Position numbers and translations under genes: made by a program. A stretch of 64,000 bases of DNA. It comes from Thermoplasmata archaeon. Its GTDB lineage: Archaea; Thermoplasmatota; Thermoplasmata; Thermoplasmatales; GCA-001856825. Under the pieces are notes generated by a model, which had not been told where the DNA came from, did no database searches, and saw only the letters and a list, made by a program, of their open reading frames with translations. The DNA lies in assembly GCA_021792255.1 (NCBI GenBank), contig JAJYUZ010000002.1, positions 128,001-192,000 of the forward strand. Reading direction: 5' to 3'. Within the stretch, counting starts at the first letter, position 1. Each line of letters starts with the position of its first letter. This document shows, piece after piece, positions 9,595 to 19,473 of this stretch.

Positions 9595-9967
9595 CTAACC
9601 TTCACCGATTGGTCTGAAGAAATACCTCTATTTAAAGTTTGATTTTTGAACAGTAAAGGAATTACCAATAATATGCTATTAATATGAATTACATCTAATT
9701 AATTGTCAATATTCAGAATTGAAATTTGAATTATCGACCTTTTTAGATTTTGAAATGAGTATAAATTCAAAGAATGTCATCCGCTAGTATTTCCTACCGA
9801 CTAATAAAATTCGTATATGTGTGGAAAAGCAGAGTTTGATTCTATATTCTTTGGAGAATACGAATGTCGAAAAAGCTCATTCTTTATAAAGGTCAAGGGA
9901 AAAGGTTATTAGGCACATTAATCTGAAGGTGCTGAGCGAATAGCTCTAGACAAAGGATTGGTAGTAT

Positions 9968-10390
9968 ATGGACGAATTTACAAAAGTGAAGGATCTCAAC
10001 CAGGGATCCAAGAGAGTGACTGTTTTGGCAAAGGTCGTGAATGTGGGCGAAGCAAAAGACATACAGACAAGATACGGAGAACAGAAGAAAGTAACCGAAG
10101 CAGTCCTAGGGGACGAGACTGGAAAAGTGACTATGTCACTCTGGAATGAGCAAGCAAGCCAAGTAGAAAACGGCGACAGCGTCGTCGTTGAAAATGGGTA
10201 TGTAAGCTTTGTCAGGGGACACATGAGACTCAATGTTGGGAAGTACGGTGCAATAAAGAAATCCGAGACAGCCATTGAATCTGTAAATGAATCTCTTGAC
10301 ATGAGTGAGAAAGAGTATCAACCAGATGAGGTTGATAGAAGACCCAGGAGAAGCTTTAACAACAACAGGAATTTCAGAAACAGATTCTAG
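9968..10390 (+). CDS. ssb: Single-stranded DNA-binding protein (single OB fold with charged tail)
   Basis: GDETGKVTMSLW and LNVGKYG motifs, with a disordered R/N-rich tail. Confidence 0.9.
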   Translation: MDEFTKVKDLNQGSKRVTVLAKVVNVGEAKDIQTRYGEQKKVTEAVLGDETGKVTMSLWNEQASQVENGDSVVVENGYVSFVRGHMRLNVGKYGAIKKSETAIESVNESLDMSEKEYQPDEVDRRPRRSFNNNRNFRNRF

Positions 10391-11016
10391 AGGGAATACC
10401 TTTTTTCAATTATTCCCACACAAAATTTTCCTTTTTTATCTTTAATTACAATTTCTTCAATGTCGAGATCGTTCCGGAAGATTAGATCATATACCATTTT
10501 GAGGCTCGGGAACTGACAGATCTTGGACTCGAGGGGCTCCTTTAAAATTATTTCTCCGTTTCTATAATGAAACGAAGCCAGATTGTGAATTTCGCAATTG
10601 TTCCCATACTTGAGCAGAACATTACTGTCAGTGAATACTTCTACTCTTTCGTCCAGTCTACGAGCAACCAAAGGCACCCCAGTATAATTGCTCTTGAAGG
10701 TCTTTATGTGACAGCTCTTGCAGAGAGTAATAAGGTTCTTAGTGGAATCTGAACCTCCTGCGATCCGGGGAACTATGTGGTGTACTTCTACTTCCACCCT
10801 TAATCTTTCTACGCCGTCCTTGCTTTCTGATATCATTGGTGACTTGCTGCAAATTCTGCACCTGTACTCGTCCCTTTCAAGGATGATTAGTTTTGCCGTA
10901 TTCCAGGGGGTGCTCACTTCTTCCACGCTACCCACTTTGCTATAATCATAAACTTCTCCGTAGTGAGAATATTTTCTGTTAAGTCGTTCTAATCTCTCTT
11001 GGATACCGTCCTTCAT
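10387..11016 (-). CDS. HNH endonuclease with uncharacterised C-terminal region
   Basis: RDEYRCRIC...HHIVPRIAGGS..NLITLCKSCH. Confidence 0.88.
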   Translation of the reverse strand: MKDGIQERLERLNRKYSHYGEVYDYSKVGSVEEVSTPWNTAKLIILERDEYRCRICSKSPMISESKDGVERLRVEVEVHHIVPRIAGGSDSTKNLITLCKSCHIKTFKSNYTGVPLVARRLDERVEVFTDSNVLLKYGNNCEIHNLASFHYRNGEIILKEPLESKICQFPSLKMVYDLIFRNDLDIEEIVIKDKKGKFCVGIIEKRYSL

Positions 11017-11229
11017 TTTACCATCGGGTCAATTGTCGGATAATAAGGATGGTAATAAGCTAATTGACATCTGTCTAAAAAAATTTGAAAATCATTTAAG
11101 AAACGGTAAAAATTTATCTCAGTTCGAAAAAAATGGCCTGAAAAACTTGAATGACTTTTTTCACTAACAGGATGCTTCCAATCATCAACCTAAGTTTAAT
11201 AACACGTTTCCATAACTGGTTGAGACAGA

Positions 11230-11895
11230 GTGAGCTTCACAATATCCGGCATAATCTCGTACTTCATCCAGGAATCATTAGCATTGATGAGTGCACTTGG
11301 ACCGACAGGCGTATTCTTGCTGATGGTTATGGAGGGGCTCGGTCTTCCCTTCCCATCAGAAGTAATCATGGTATTTGCAGGATTTCTGTCGACTGGGAGC
11401 ATCGGATTGTTCATAGTCTATTCGCTAGCAGGGTCTATCGGTGGTTTCATTGGAAATTTGATCCTTTATTACATAGCCGTGTACGGTGGAAGGCCTCTTA
11501 TTCTCTACTTAGGAAAATATGCTGGTTTAAAGGAAGAGCATCTCGTGAAAACAGAGAAATGGTTTGATGCTAGAGGAGAATGGACTGTTTTCTTCGGAAG
11601 GTTCGTTCCAGGCTTCAGGTCTTATATGAGTATTCCTGCAGGAGTCTCTAAGATGAATGTAGCAAAGTTTTCGATATTTACTTTGTCTGGGTCTCTTATT
11701 TGGTCCACTGCTCTTGCAACTGGAGGGTACGTCTTAGGGAAGTCTTGGGACAAACTGGTTCCAATCATTAGCAACGTTGGTACGGTCCTGCTTGTAGTAT
11801 TCGTAATCGCTTTCGCTGCGTATTTCTTCTATCGCTTCTATGTTAGAGCAAAACAGAAAGAGAGTACTACTCCCGTCGACGAATCCCAAAAGTAA
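11230..11895 (+). CDS. DedA family membrane protein
   Basis: MEGLGLPFPSE and FFGRFVPGFRS. Confidence 0.93.
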   Translation: MSFTISGIISYFIQESLALMSALGPTGVFLLMVMEGLGLPFPSEVIMVFAGFLSTGSIGLFIVYSLAGSIGGFIGNLILYYIAVYGGRPLILYLGKYAGLKEEHLVKTEKWFDARGEWTVFFGRFVPGFRSYMSIPAGVSKMNVAKFSIFTLSGSLIWSTALATGGYVLGKSWDKLVPIISNVGTVLLVVFVIAFAAYFFYRFYVRAKQKESTTPVDESQK

Positions 11896-11956
11896 AAGGA
11901 TCAAAGTGACACAGGTCAACGTGCCACGAAATGTGCACTAATAGGGACAATGTAAT

Positions 11957-12601
11957 TCAGAGAAATCCAAAGGACGCGAAGAAGTAGAGTACCAATGAAG
12001 CGGCAATGCCAAATACTATTGCCCAGTACTTTCTGTTCCAAGCAAATACCTTGCTCCCGTCAAGGGGAGGAAAAGGTACCATGTTGAAGAGACCCAGCCA
12101 GAGGTTAATGTATACGAGGAAAAAAACCGCTGCATAGTACATAAAAGGCATAGAAATGAACAACAACACTGGCAGTAGAACAACTCCCATCACCAAGTTT
12201 GCAATTGGGCCAGCTAGCGCGATTTTTCCTTCCCTAATTGGATTTCTATAGCTAGCGAAATACACGGCCCCAGGAAGGGCAAACAAGAATCCTATTAGGC
12301 CAGTTACTATGGTGAGTATCAATCCAATAGGCCACATTCTAAACTCTGACCAGGCACCATAGTGTATTGCGGTAAACTTGTGGCTCATTTCGTGTAACAG
12401 AAAAGCTGTGACCGTCATCAAAAAGCCGATACCCAGAGCGGGAAGAAGTTGCAATTTAATTGTGGTCCCGTGAACCGAGAACGAATAACGGTATATTATC
12501 AGAAACAGTGCCACTGAGAGCGTTACAACTGATATAGCTATGTCTTGAATTTCTTTCTTTGAGAAGTTGCTCTTCTTGTACGTAACTGTGTATGTGGCCA
12601 T
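11957..12601 (-). CDS. M50 family (site-2) membrane metalloprotease
   Basis: HEMSH, ALAGP and FNMVPFPPLDG. Start trimmed to ATG 12601 because the longer ORF overlaps the divergent gene. Confidence 0.88.
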   Translation of the reverse strand: MATYTVTYKKSNFSKKEIQDIAISVVTLSVALFLIIYRYSFSVHGTTIKLQLLPALGIGFLMTVTAFLLHEMSHKFTAIHYGAWSEFRMWPIGLILTIVTGLIGFLFALPGAVYFASYRNPIREGKIALAGPIANLVMGVVLLPVLLFISMPFMYYAAVFFLVYINLWLGLFNMVPFPPLDGSKVFAWNRKYWAIVFGIAASLVLYFFASFGFL

Positions 12602-12692
12602 TTGTCCATGCAGTGAATTAACATATTTAACCTGATTGAGAATTTCAATTTGACCACGCAAAATATTTATCAAATATTGGTCTGAATGAACA

Positions 12693-13571
12693 ATGGAGAA
12701 AATGGGAATTGTCAGGCAGTTGTGGCGGATCATTATAACGGGCCTTGTGCTGATAGCCATAGTTTTCTTCCTGACAAAAATAGTTTCAATAATACCTCAA
12801 GTATTAGTAAAATATACCAATCTAATCCAGGCAGTTCTGCTTGGTATAATTTTATATGTATTGTTGAGGTCGATTCTGAAAGCTCTTCAAAAGGTTCTGG
12901 AACGGAGAATTCACAAGAAGTACGCCCGACCACTGATTTTCCTTGTTTCTGTCGTTGGTTACTTTATCATCTTATTGGCCATATTGGCACTGTTAGGGGT
13001 AAATTTAAGTTCGATTATACTCGGTAGCGCATTTGCCGGTGCCATCGTAGGACTCGCTGCACAACAGATCCTCTCAAATTTCTTCAGCGGTATCTTGTTG
13101 ATTTGGTCAAGACCGTTCGTCCCGGGAGACTATATTGAATTTAATTCGTGGCAATATTCCTACATGCTTCCTTCTTACCCTCCGAAGTTCCTTTCTAGGG
13201 ACGAATTTAGGTGGAGGATTTCTGGAAAGGTAGACGATATTTCTATGAATTATACGACCATAATCGAAGATGACGGAACAGTGACTAAGATGCCTAACAG
13301 TATTGTGATTCAGGGAGCTACGACGGTCAATCCGTCACGAAACAAGATACAAGTCAGAACGGAATTGCCTAAAAGCATTGATTACACTAAGCTCAAGAAA
13401 GATGTCGAGGAAATAGCCGCGAGTATCAAAGAAATCACCGACTGGAAAATAATGGTCGAGGAAGTCGGGCGAGAAACATATCTTGCCAAGATCACGATGA
13501 CAATAGCCGGGGGAGACCTTGAAGGAACGCGGGGAAGGTTCATGGAGAGTCTCCTGGCTGCAGCGAAGTGA
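12693..13571 (+). CDS. MscS small-conductance mechanosensitive channel
   Basis: GLAAQQILSNFFSG, RPFVPGD and PNS motifs. Confidence 0.9.
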   Translation: MEKMGIVRQLWRIIITGLVLIAIVFFLTKIVSIIPQVLVKYTNLIQAVLLGIILYVLLRSILKALQKVLERRIHKKYARPLIFLVSVVGYFIILLAILALLGVNLSSIILGSAFAGAIVGLAAQQILSNFFSGILLIWSRPFVPGDYIEFNSWQYSYMLPSYPPKFLSRDEFRWRISGKVDDISMNYTTIIEDDGTVTKMPNSIVIQGATTVNPSRNKIQVRTELPKSIDYTKLKKDVEEIAASIKEITDWKIMVEEVGRETYLAKITMTIAGGDLEGTRGRFMESLLAAAK

Positions 13572-13662
13572 CTAAGAGCGTTTCCCTGTTTGGAACTTAT
13601 GCGATTTAGATGACAAAATATTTTATTCACAGTTGCTGATAAGCTGATAGAGAGGAGATCAA

Positions 13663-14322
13663 ATGGTAAAACTAACGTGGTACGGACACTCGGCATGGCA
13701 AATTGATTTTCAGGACACCGTAGTACTTGTCGACCCTTTTCTGAAGAATAATCCGAAAGCACCTGTGAAACCAGATGACTTAAAAAAAGTGGATTTCGTG
13801 ATAGTAACTCACAACCACGACGATCATTTAGGAGATGCATTCGAAATCACCAGAAACAAGGGGGCAAAACTCATTTCGATCTTTGAAAACATACTACTCG
13901 CTTCGAATGAAAACATTCCTGAAGATAATTTGATGGGAATGAATATCGGTAGCGAAGTCGATTTTGGAAAGATCAAGGTTGCTCTTGTTCAAGCAGTTCA
14001 TAGCGGCAATTGTAGTGGTGCAGTGATAACTGGAGATGGGATTACGATTTACCACGCGGGAGATACAGGACTTTTTGGGGACATGAGACTTATTGGGCAG
14101 ATGTACAGGCCGAAGGTTTCCCTCCTGCCAACTGGGGGGTTCTATACGATGGGGCCAAAGGAGGCGGCCATGGCAGCGAGATTGATCGGTTCTGAAGTAG
14201 TCATTCCTATGCACTATGGTACTTTCCCGGGCATCGATTCAAATCCGAATGAACTTCGAGAAGCACTAGGAGAGGAGTTTAAAGTACCAATTCTTAAGCC
14301 AGGTGAATCGTTTATAATCTGA
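13663..14322 (+). CDS. Metallo-beta-lactamase-fold hydrolase (UPF0173)
   Basis: WYGHS, THNHDDH, HAGDT and IPMHYGTF. Confidence 0.92.
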   Translation: MVKLTWYGHSAWQIDFQDTVVLVDPFLKNNPKAPVKPDDLKKVDFVIVTHNHDDHLGDAFEITRNKGAKLISIFENILLASNENIPEDNLMGMNIGSEVDFGKIKVALVQAVHSGNCSGAVITGDGITIYHAGDTGLFGDMRLIGQMYRPKVSLLPTGGFYTMGPKEAAMAARLIGSEVVIPMHYGTFPGIDSNPNELREALGEEFKVPILKPGESFII

Positions 14323-14366
14323 AGAGGGAAAGAGAAAGAATTAATTTCATAAAACTCTATTCTGTC

Positions 14367-15299
14367 GTGCCAAGTGGATACTATCTAGGCTTTGATGTTG
14401 GAGGAACTAAGATTACATCGGTGCTTTCTTCAAAAGAAGGAAAAATCAAAAAAAGGGTAGAAGTAAAGACAAGGAAATTTAAAGGCGTTCTTGACCTTAT
14501 TGACCAGATTTACTCCACAGGTAAGCAGTTTGACGACTACGATAATATTGGAGTAATATTCCCAGCCCCTATTTCTAAGAAGGGTGTATCTCTTACAGCG
14601 CCTAATCTTATAGGATGGGATCGCGTAAACATCAAAAACAAGCTAAGAGAAGTATTTCACAAAGATGTATTTATAGAAAATGACGCCACCGCGCAGGCGA
14701 TATCTGTCAAGCTATTTGACAAAGGAAGGAAGTACAAGAACTTCGTTTACCTGGTGGTAGGAACGGGTATTGGAGGTGGCATATTCGTTGACAATGAAGT
14801 CTACAGAGGTGGAAATGGTTACGCTGGCGAACTAGGTCATTCCGTAGTCTTAGCAAATGGCCCGATTTGTGGTTGCGGAAGGAGGGGATGTATAGAGTCT
14901 CTGGCTTCTGGTCGTGCGCTGGCAAGAAGGGCTATAGAGAATTCAAAAGAGATAAGGAACTCTCCTTTCCTGTCGTCAATACCTCTCGAGAGGTTATCCG
15001 CAGAAGACCTATTCAGTGGCAGAAAGCTGGGCGATCCATTCTCCACTCTGTTGGTGGATGAGACGATATACTACCTTTCAGTAGCAATCTCTAACTTTAT
15101 CAACGAATTCGATCCCGAGGCAATATTTCTCGGAGGCGGTCTGATGAAGAACGACCCAACTCTAATCTCCGAGCTGAAGGAATCAATCGACCACGAGCTT
15201 GGAAAATATTACAGAGACGTGCCGGTCATAAAGGTAGCTGATAAAACCGTAGAACTGGCTCCCATCGCGCTCTCGATCTATGAATCTTCCAAACGATAA
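14367..15299 (+). CDS. ROK family sugar kinase (probable glucokinase)
   Basis: DVGGTK, END, GTGIGGG and AGELGH..CGCG..GCIE. Confidence 0.9.
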   Translation: MPSGYYLGFDVGGTKITSVLSSKEGKIKKRVEVKTRKFKGVLDLIDQIYSTGKQFDDYDNIGVIFPAPISKKGVSLTAPNLIGWDRVNIKNKLREVFHKDVFIENDATAQAISVKLFDKGRKYKNFVYLVVGTGIGGGIFVDNEVYRGGNGYAGELGHSVVLANGPICGCGRRGCIESLASGRALARRAIENSKEIRNSPFLSSIPLERLSAEDLFSGRKLGDPFSTLLVDETIYYLSVAISNFINEFDPEAIFLGGGLMKNDPTLISELKESIDHELGKYYRDVPVIKVADKTVELAPIALSIYESSKR

Positions 15300-15385
15300 A
15301 TAATCAGAATTTCATCTTTTTTTCTTCGGACTCAGCTCACTGTCCAGGTGAAACAAAGGTTAGAAACGTTTTTAGCCACATTTCT

Positions 15386-16585
15386 ATGATTACCAGTATG
15401 ACGAAGATCAAAGATGTTGCCATAATTGAGCTCGGGGAAGAGGGAGAAAAGTCGAGTCCATGGAGTTCCACCATATTGGTTTTAAAGATCGAGACGGCAG
15501 ATGGAGAAATAGGTTACGGGGAAGCTCCCACAACACTTATGACTCGACCTGTCTATGAACAAATGAAAGAAGTTGGACGGGTCTTTATGAACAAGGAAGT
15601 CGAGGAAATCGGGAAAAATTACCTTGAATTTTACAAACATTCCTTCTATCTTCCTGTTTCTATGGAATCCACGGCAGCACTGAGTGCTTTCGAAATTGCA
15701 TCTTGGGACGTAGTGGGAAAGGAATATGGTGCTCCCATCTACGACCTCCTGGGAGGAAAATTACGGGACAAAGTCAGAGCATATGCGAACGGATGGTACG
15801 ATAACTGCGTAACGCCGCAGAATTTCTTGTCAAAAGCCAAGGAAGTGGAAAGCATGGGATTCGGGGCGGTCAAATTTGATCCATTTGGTTCTAGCTATGA
15901 CAAGATTGAAGAAGAGGATGTGGGAAAAGCAAGAAGAATAATTCAAACTCTGAAGGAGAAGACGAAGCTAGATCTTCTTATAGAATGTCACGGAAGATTT
16001 TCGGCAAACTCAGCGATAAGAGTAACGGAGGGAATTGAAGATTTAGAGCCTTATTTCGTTGAGGAGCCGGTGCATCCAGACCAATTTGAGGGACTAAAAA
16101 GACTGAGGGAGAAAACGGAAGTTAGAATAGCGCTTGGGGAAAGGGTACTTAACAAGAACCTCTTCCTTCCTTACCTTACTGCAGATTTAGTTGATGTAAT
16201 CCAACCAGATGTGACAAATGTCGGGGGTATAATTCAGGCAAAAGAGTCGGCTGTTCTCGCAGATTCATTCGGGGTTGAAGTAGCATATCATAATGCCTTT
16301 GGACCAATACAATCGGCAGCGACTCTGCATCTGGATTATAGCATCCCGAACTTCCTGATCCAGGAGAGTTTTGAAAAGTTCTGGCCCAAGTGGAAAAAAG
16401 GATTAGTCAAGTCCGGCTACAGACTTGAAAACGGATTTTTTACACTAAATGGGAAACCAGGTTTGGGAATAGAAATTGACGAAAGAATTTTGGACGAGTA
16501 CAAAACGGAAATGATGGAGCCATTCAATCCCGAGGAACCACCATGGGTAGTAAAGGGTACGTTCAAAAAGGAGAGATCACGTTGA
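15386..16585 (+). CDS. gad: Gluconate/galactonate dehydratase (enolase superfamily)
   Basis: YANGWY, KFDPFG, E.HGRF, EEP, GER, HNAFG and C-terminal EPPWVVKGT, as in thermoacidophile GAD. Confidence 0.85.
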   Translation: MITSMTKIKDVAIIELGEEGEKSSPWSSTILVLKIETADGEIGYGEAPTTLMTRPVYEQMKEVGRVFMNKEVEEIGKNYLEFYKHSFYLPVSMESTAALSAFEIASWDVVGKEYGAPIYDLLGGKLRDKVRAYANGWYDNCVTPQNFLSKAKEVESMGFGAVKFDPFGSSYDKIEEEDVGKARRIIQTLKEKTKLDLLIECHGRFSANSAIRVTEGIEDLEPYFVEEPVHPDQFEGLKRLREKTEVRIALGERVLNKNLFLPYLTADLVDVIQPDVTNVGGIIQAKESAVLADSFGVEVAYHNAFGPIQSAATLHLDYSIPNFLIQESFEKFWPKWKKGLVKSGYRLENGFFTLNGKPGLGIEIDERILDEYKTEMMEPFNPEEPPWVVKGTFKKERSR

Positions 16586-17196
16586 AGATTCACGACCTAT
16601 CTATACCGCTGGAGGATGGAATGCCTTACTTCAATGGGGATCCTATACCGACCATCAAGCAGTACAAGAGCATACAGAATGAAGGATACAACATCAAGGA
16701 ACTGAAAATCGGAACTCATACCGGCACTCATTTAGACGCACCGGCTCACTTCATAAGTGGTGGGAAGACCGTAGATCAGTTGGACATTGCGGATCTCGGA
16801 GGGAAAGGAACGTGTATTTCCTATGATCCTTCGAAGGAAATAGAATTGCCAGAAAATAAATACGAAATAATTCTACTTTACACTGGGTACAATTTGAATT
16901 GGAGTAATTTTAAGGTGTTTGAGAATTTTAGTTACATAAGGAAAGAGCACGCAGAGCGACTTAGAGACTATGGCATAAAACTCGTCGGTATAGACTCTCC
17001 ATCTGCGGAACACCAGAATTCAAAAAATTTTGAAACACACCGAACTCTGTTGGGAAGTTCAATACCTATTATTGAAAATCTTAATTCCATCACCCTATCT
17101 GGTTTGATAAATCACACATTCATTGTTCAGGCGATGCCTATCCTCGTAAAGGGTGGAGATGGGGCACCAGCTAGGGTCGTCGCAATAGAGGTGTGA
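16582..17196 (+). CDS. Cyclase family (kynurenine formamidase-like) metal hydrolase
   Basis: HTGTHLDAP.H, GIDSPS, IIENL and GAPARV. Probable TTG start overlapping the gad stop. Confidence 0.88.
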   Translation: MKIHDLSIPLEDGMPYFNGDPIPTIKQYKSIQNEGYNIKELKIGTHTGTHLDAPAHFISGGKTVDQLDIADLGGKGTCISYDPSKEIELPENKYEIILLYTGYNLNWSNFKVFENFSYIRKEHAERLRDYGIKLVGIDSPSAEHQNSKNFETHRTLLGSSIPIIENLNSITLSGLINHTFIVQAMPILVKGGDGAPARVVAIEV

Positions 17197-18266
17197 CTAT
17201 GAGGGCAATTACAACAATTCCACCTGGAGGGGGAGTTAAGCTTTCGCAGGTGAACGAGGGAAGCAGTAGTGGTATTCGAATCAAGACACATCTCACAGGG
17301 ATCTGCGGAACGGACAAGGAAATTGCTGCTGGAAAATTGAAATTTGCAAGGCCAGAGGTCGGACAATCCTTGATTTTAGGACATGAGGCAGTCGGAATAG
17401 TTTCTGAGACATCAGATGATGCTGCTTTCAAAGAGGGGGATGTAGTGGTCCCAATCGTCAGAAGACCCGGCAAGTGCAGAATGTGCCAGCTAGGCAGGCA
17501 GGACTATTGTGAAGATGGAGATTTTGTTGAAGCTGGAATCAGAGGCAAGAATGGCTTTATGCGAGACGAATTTGTGGAAAATGCAGAATACCTTGTCAAA
17601 GTCGACAATGCAGGTATCCTCGATCTTGCCGTGCTCACGGAACCATTAAAAAATGTAATGAAAATGAAGGAGATTTTCCAGTTTCTCAGGCTCAGAATTC
17701 CGTGGTACTGCAGCGACTCGACCCTCTCTTGCAAGAATATGTATGTGTTCGGAACGGGTACTGAAGGTCTACTGATTTCCACGGTCTTTAAGGAACTGGG
17801 CATGAACGTGGTAGAAGTCAATAGACATCCTCTTGGAGAGAACGTACTTAATTACCTGGAGAATAATAAGATTGAATATTTGGACACGTCTGCAGAAAAA
17901 CTGGATAGAAGGGTCAAGGAGTTCTCGATGGATGCTGCGGTAGACGCAGTGGGTGCAATGGACGTGTTCAAGGAAATCACTGACAACATTAACAGCAACG
18001 GAATTGCCTTAATGTTCGGAACTAGCGGTCAGCTTCCTTCATCAAACTACGAGGTTCTTGAAAGCATTGTGGATAAAAACGTAGCTATTGTGGGTAGCGT
18101 CGACGGTGCAAAGATCCACTACTCGGAGGCCATAAATTTCTTAGAGGCTCACGGCAAAGGAATGCATATGGAAAAATTAATCACGGGAAAGTACGAGCCT
18201 GAAGATTTGAAAGTGTTTACAGAAAGAGAGAAAGGGGAGATAAAAAAGGTAATAGCCTGGTCGTGA
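17193..18266 (+). CDS. gdh: Glucose 1-dehydrogenase (Zn-dependent MDR)
   Basis: GICGTD, LGHE, VPIVRRP, C-x2-C-x7-C, EAGI.G and LTEPL. Clustered with gad. Confidence 0.85.
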   Translation: MTMRAITTIPPGGGVKLSQVNEGSSSGIRIKTHLTGICGTDKEIAAGKLKFARPEVGQSLILGHEAVGIVSETSDDAAFKEGDVVVPIVRRPGKCRMCQLGRQDYCEDGDFVEAGIRGKNGFMRDEFVENAEYLVKVDNAGILDLAVLTEPLKNVMKMKEIFQFLRLRIPWYCSDSTLSCKNMYVFGTGTEGLLISTVFKELGMNVVEVNRHPLGENVLNYLENNKIEYLDTSAEKLDRRVKEFSMDAAVDAVGAMDVFKEITDNINSNGIALMFGTSGQLPSSNYEVLESIVDKNVAIVGSVDGAKIHYSEAINFLEAHGKGMHMEKLITGKYEPEDLKVFTEREKGEIKKVIAWS

Positions 18267-18288
18267 TACACGCACCAGGAGCTAAAGC

Positions 18289-19473
18289 TTGAAGAGTGGT
18301 CTTCGAAACATCTACATCTATACTTTCTTTTATTCATTCCTCCTTTTAAATCCCGTCTGGGTGTTGTATCTTCTCGACATCGGCTACAGCATCTTTTACG
18401 TGACAGTACTGGACGTGGTATTCTACCTCTCGATCGTTCTTACGAGTATCCCAATGGGAAGAATCACCGATTCAATAGGTAGAAGAAATGCCCTCTTTAT
18501 ATCTTCAATTTTGACAGGTATAGGCATATTATTCTTTGGTCTATTCCAGTCATTTATCGGAATCGCAATCAGTTACATAGTATGGGGCGTGGGGGTCTCT
18601 ATAAATTCTAGCGCCCTCGAAAGCGTAAGTTATGAATACTCCACTTCTCACAACTTGAAGTATCTGCAGATTACTGGTGCGGTCAACTTTCTCTCAGCGC
18701 TATCGGTTGCAGTTGCATCTCTCTTGGGTGGGTACATCGGAGAGTACATAAGCTTGAGGATCGTCATATTCATAACGGCCCTTCTCGTGATATTCTCGTC
18801 GGTATACACTCTTAAACTGAGGGAGCGGAAACGTGAAAGGTCATTCAGCAAACTTTCCTTAAAGCTGGGAAATTACGTCAAGGATCGAAGGATAATGAGC
18901 ATAATATTGCTCCGTGTCGCATTGCTGCTAAACATCAATATGATGCTAATTTTCAAGCAACCATACTACAAAGAAATGGGAATAGGAACAGGATTGATAG
19001 GAGTGATTTTCTTTGTCGATGTATTGTCGAGAGGGATTGCATCTTTCAATACTCAAAGATTTGCATTCATTGCAAAGAATAGATTTTTTGCAATGTTATT
19101 TTTCACCTCGCTGACGTTCTTCACCATATACATCCCTAGTCTTATTGAAAATTTCTTCTCGCTTCTCTTTCTGATATTTAATTCTGTGATATTCGGATTT
19201 TATTCTAACATATTGAGTGAAGAAGTCAATAACCTAGTGCCTTCCGAGATCAGGGCAACGGTCCTATCTGTCATATTCCTGGTCAGCGCCCTTCTCACTG
19301 CATTGGCCGAGCCTTTTCTGGGATATTCCGCATCGGTGATAGGCTTAGAGAAAACCCTCCTTATATTCAGCGTGGTATTCCTAATCATATCTACGACAGC
19401 GATTTTCATTCACATAATGGGTAAAGAGAATGGGGAATTCAAAATAATCATCGGCAACAATAGAGGAAGTTAG
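18289..19473 (+). CDS. MFS transporter
   Basis: Motif A GRITDSIGRR, about 12 TM helices and PSEIRAT. Confidence 0.88.
   Translation: MKSGLRNIYIYTFFYSFLLLNPVWVLYLLDIGYSIFYVTVLDVVFYLSIVLTSIPMGRITDSIGRRNALFISSILTGIGILFFGLFQSFIGIAISYIVWGVGVSINSSALESVSYEYSTSHNLKYLQITGAVNFLSALSVAVASLLGGYIGEYISLRIVIFITALLVIFSSVYTLKLRERKRERSFSKLSLKLGNYVKDRRIMSIILLRVALLLNINMMLIFKQPYYKEMGIGTGLIGVIFFVDVLSRGIASFNTQRFAFIAKNRFFAMLFFTSLTFFTIYIPSLIENFFSLLFLIFNSVIFGFYSNILSEEVNNLVPSEIRATVLSVIFLVSALLTALAEPFLGYSASVIGLEKTLLIFSVVFLIISTTAIFIHIMGKENGEFKIIIGNNRGS

Noticed and set aside
10387-11229. HNH gene as an IscB/OMEGA or TIGR-Tas RNA-guided nuclease
   Set aside because: No PLMP, RuvC or Nop domain, no repeat array, and the upstream region is AT-rich without a large structured RNA.
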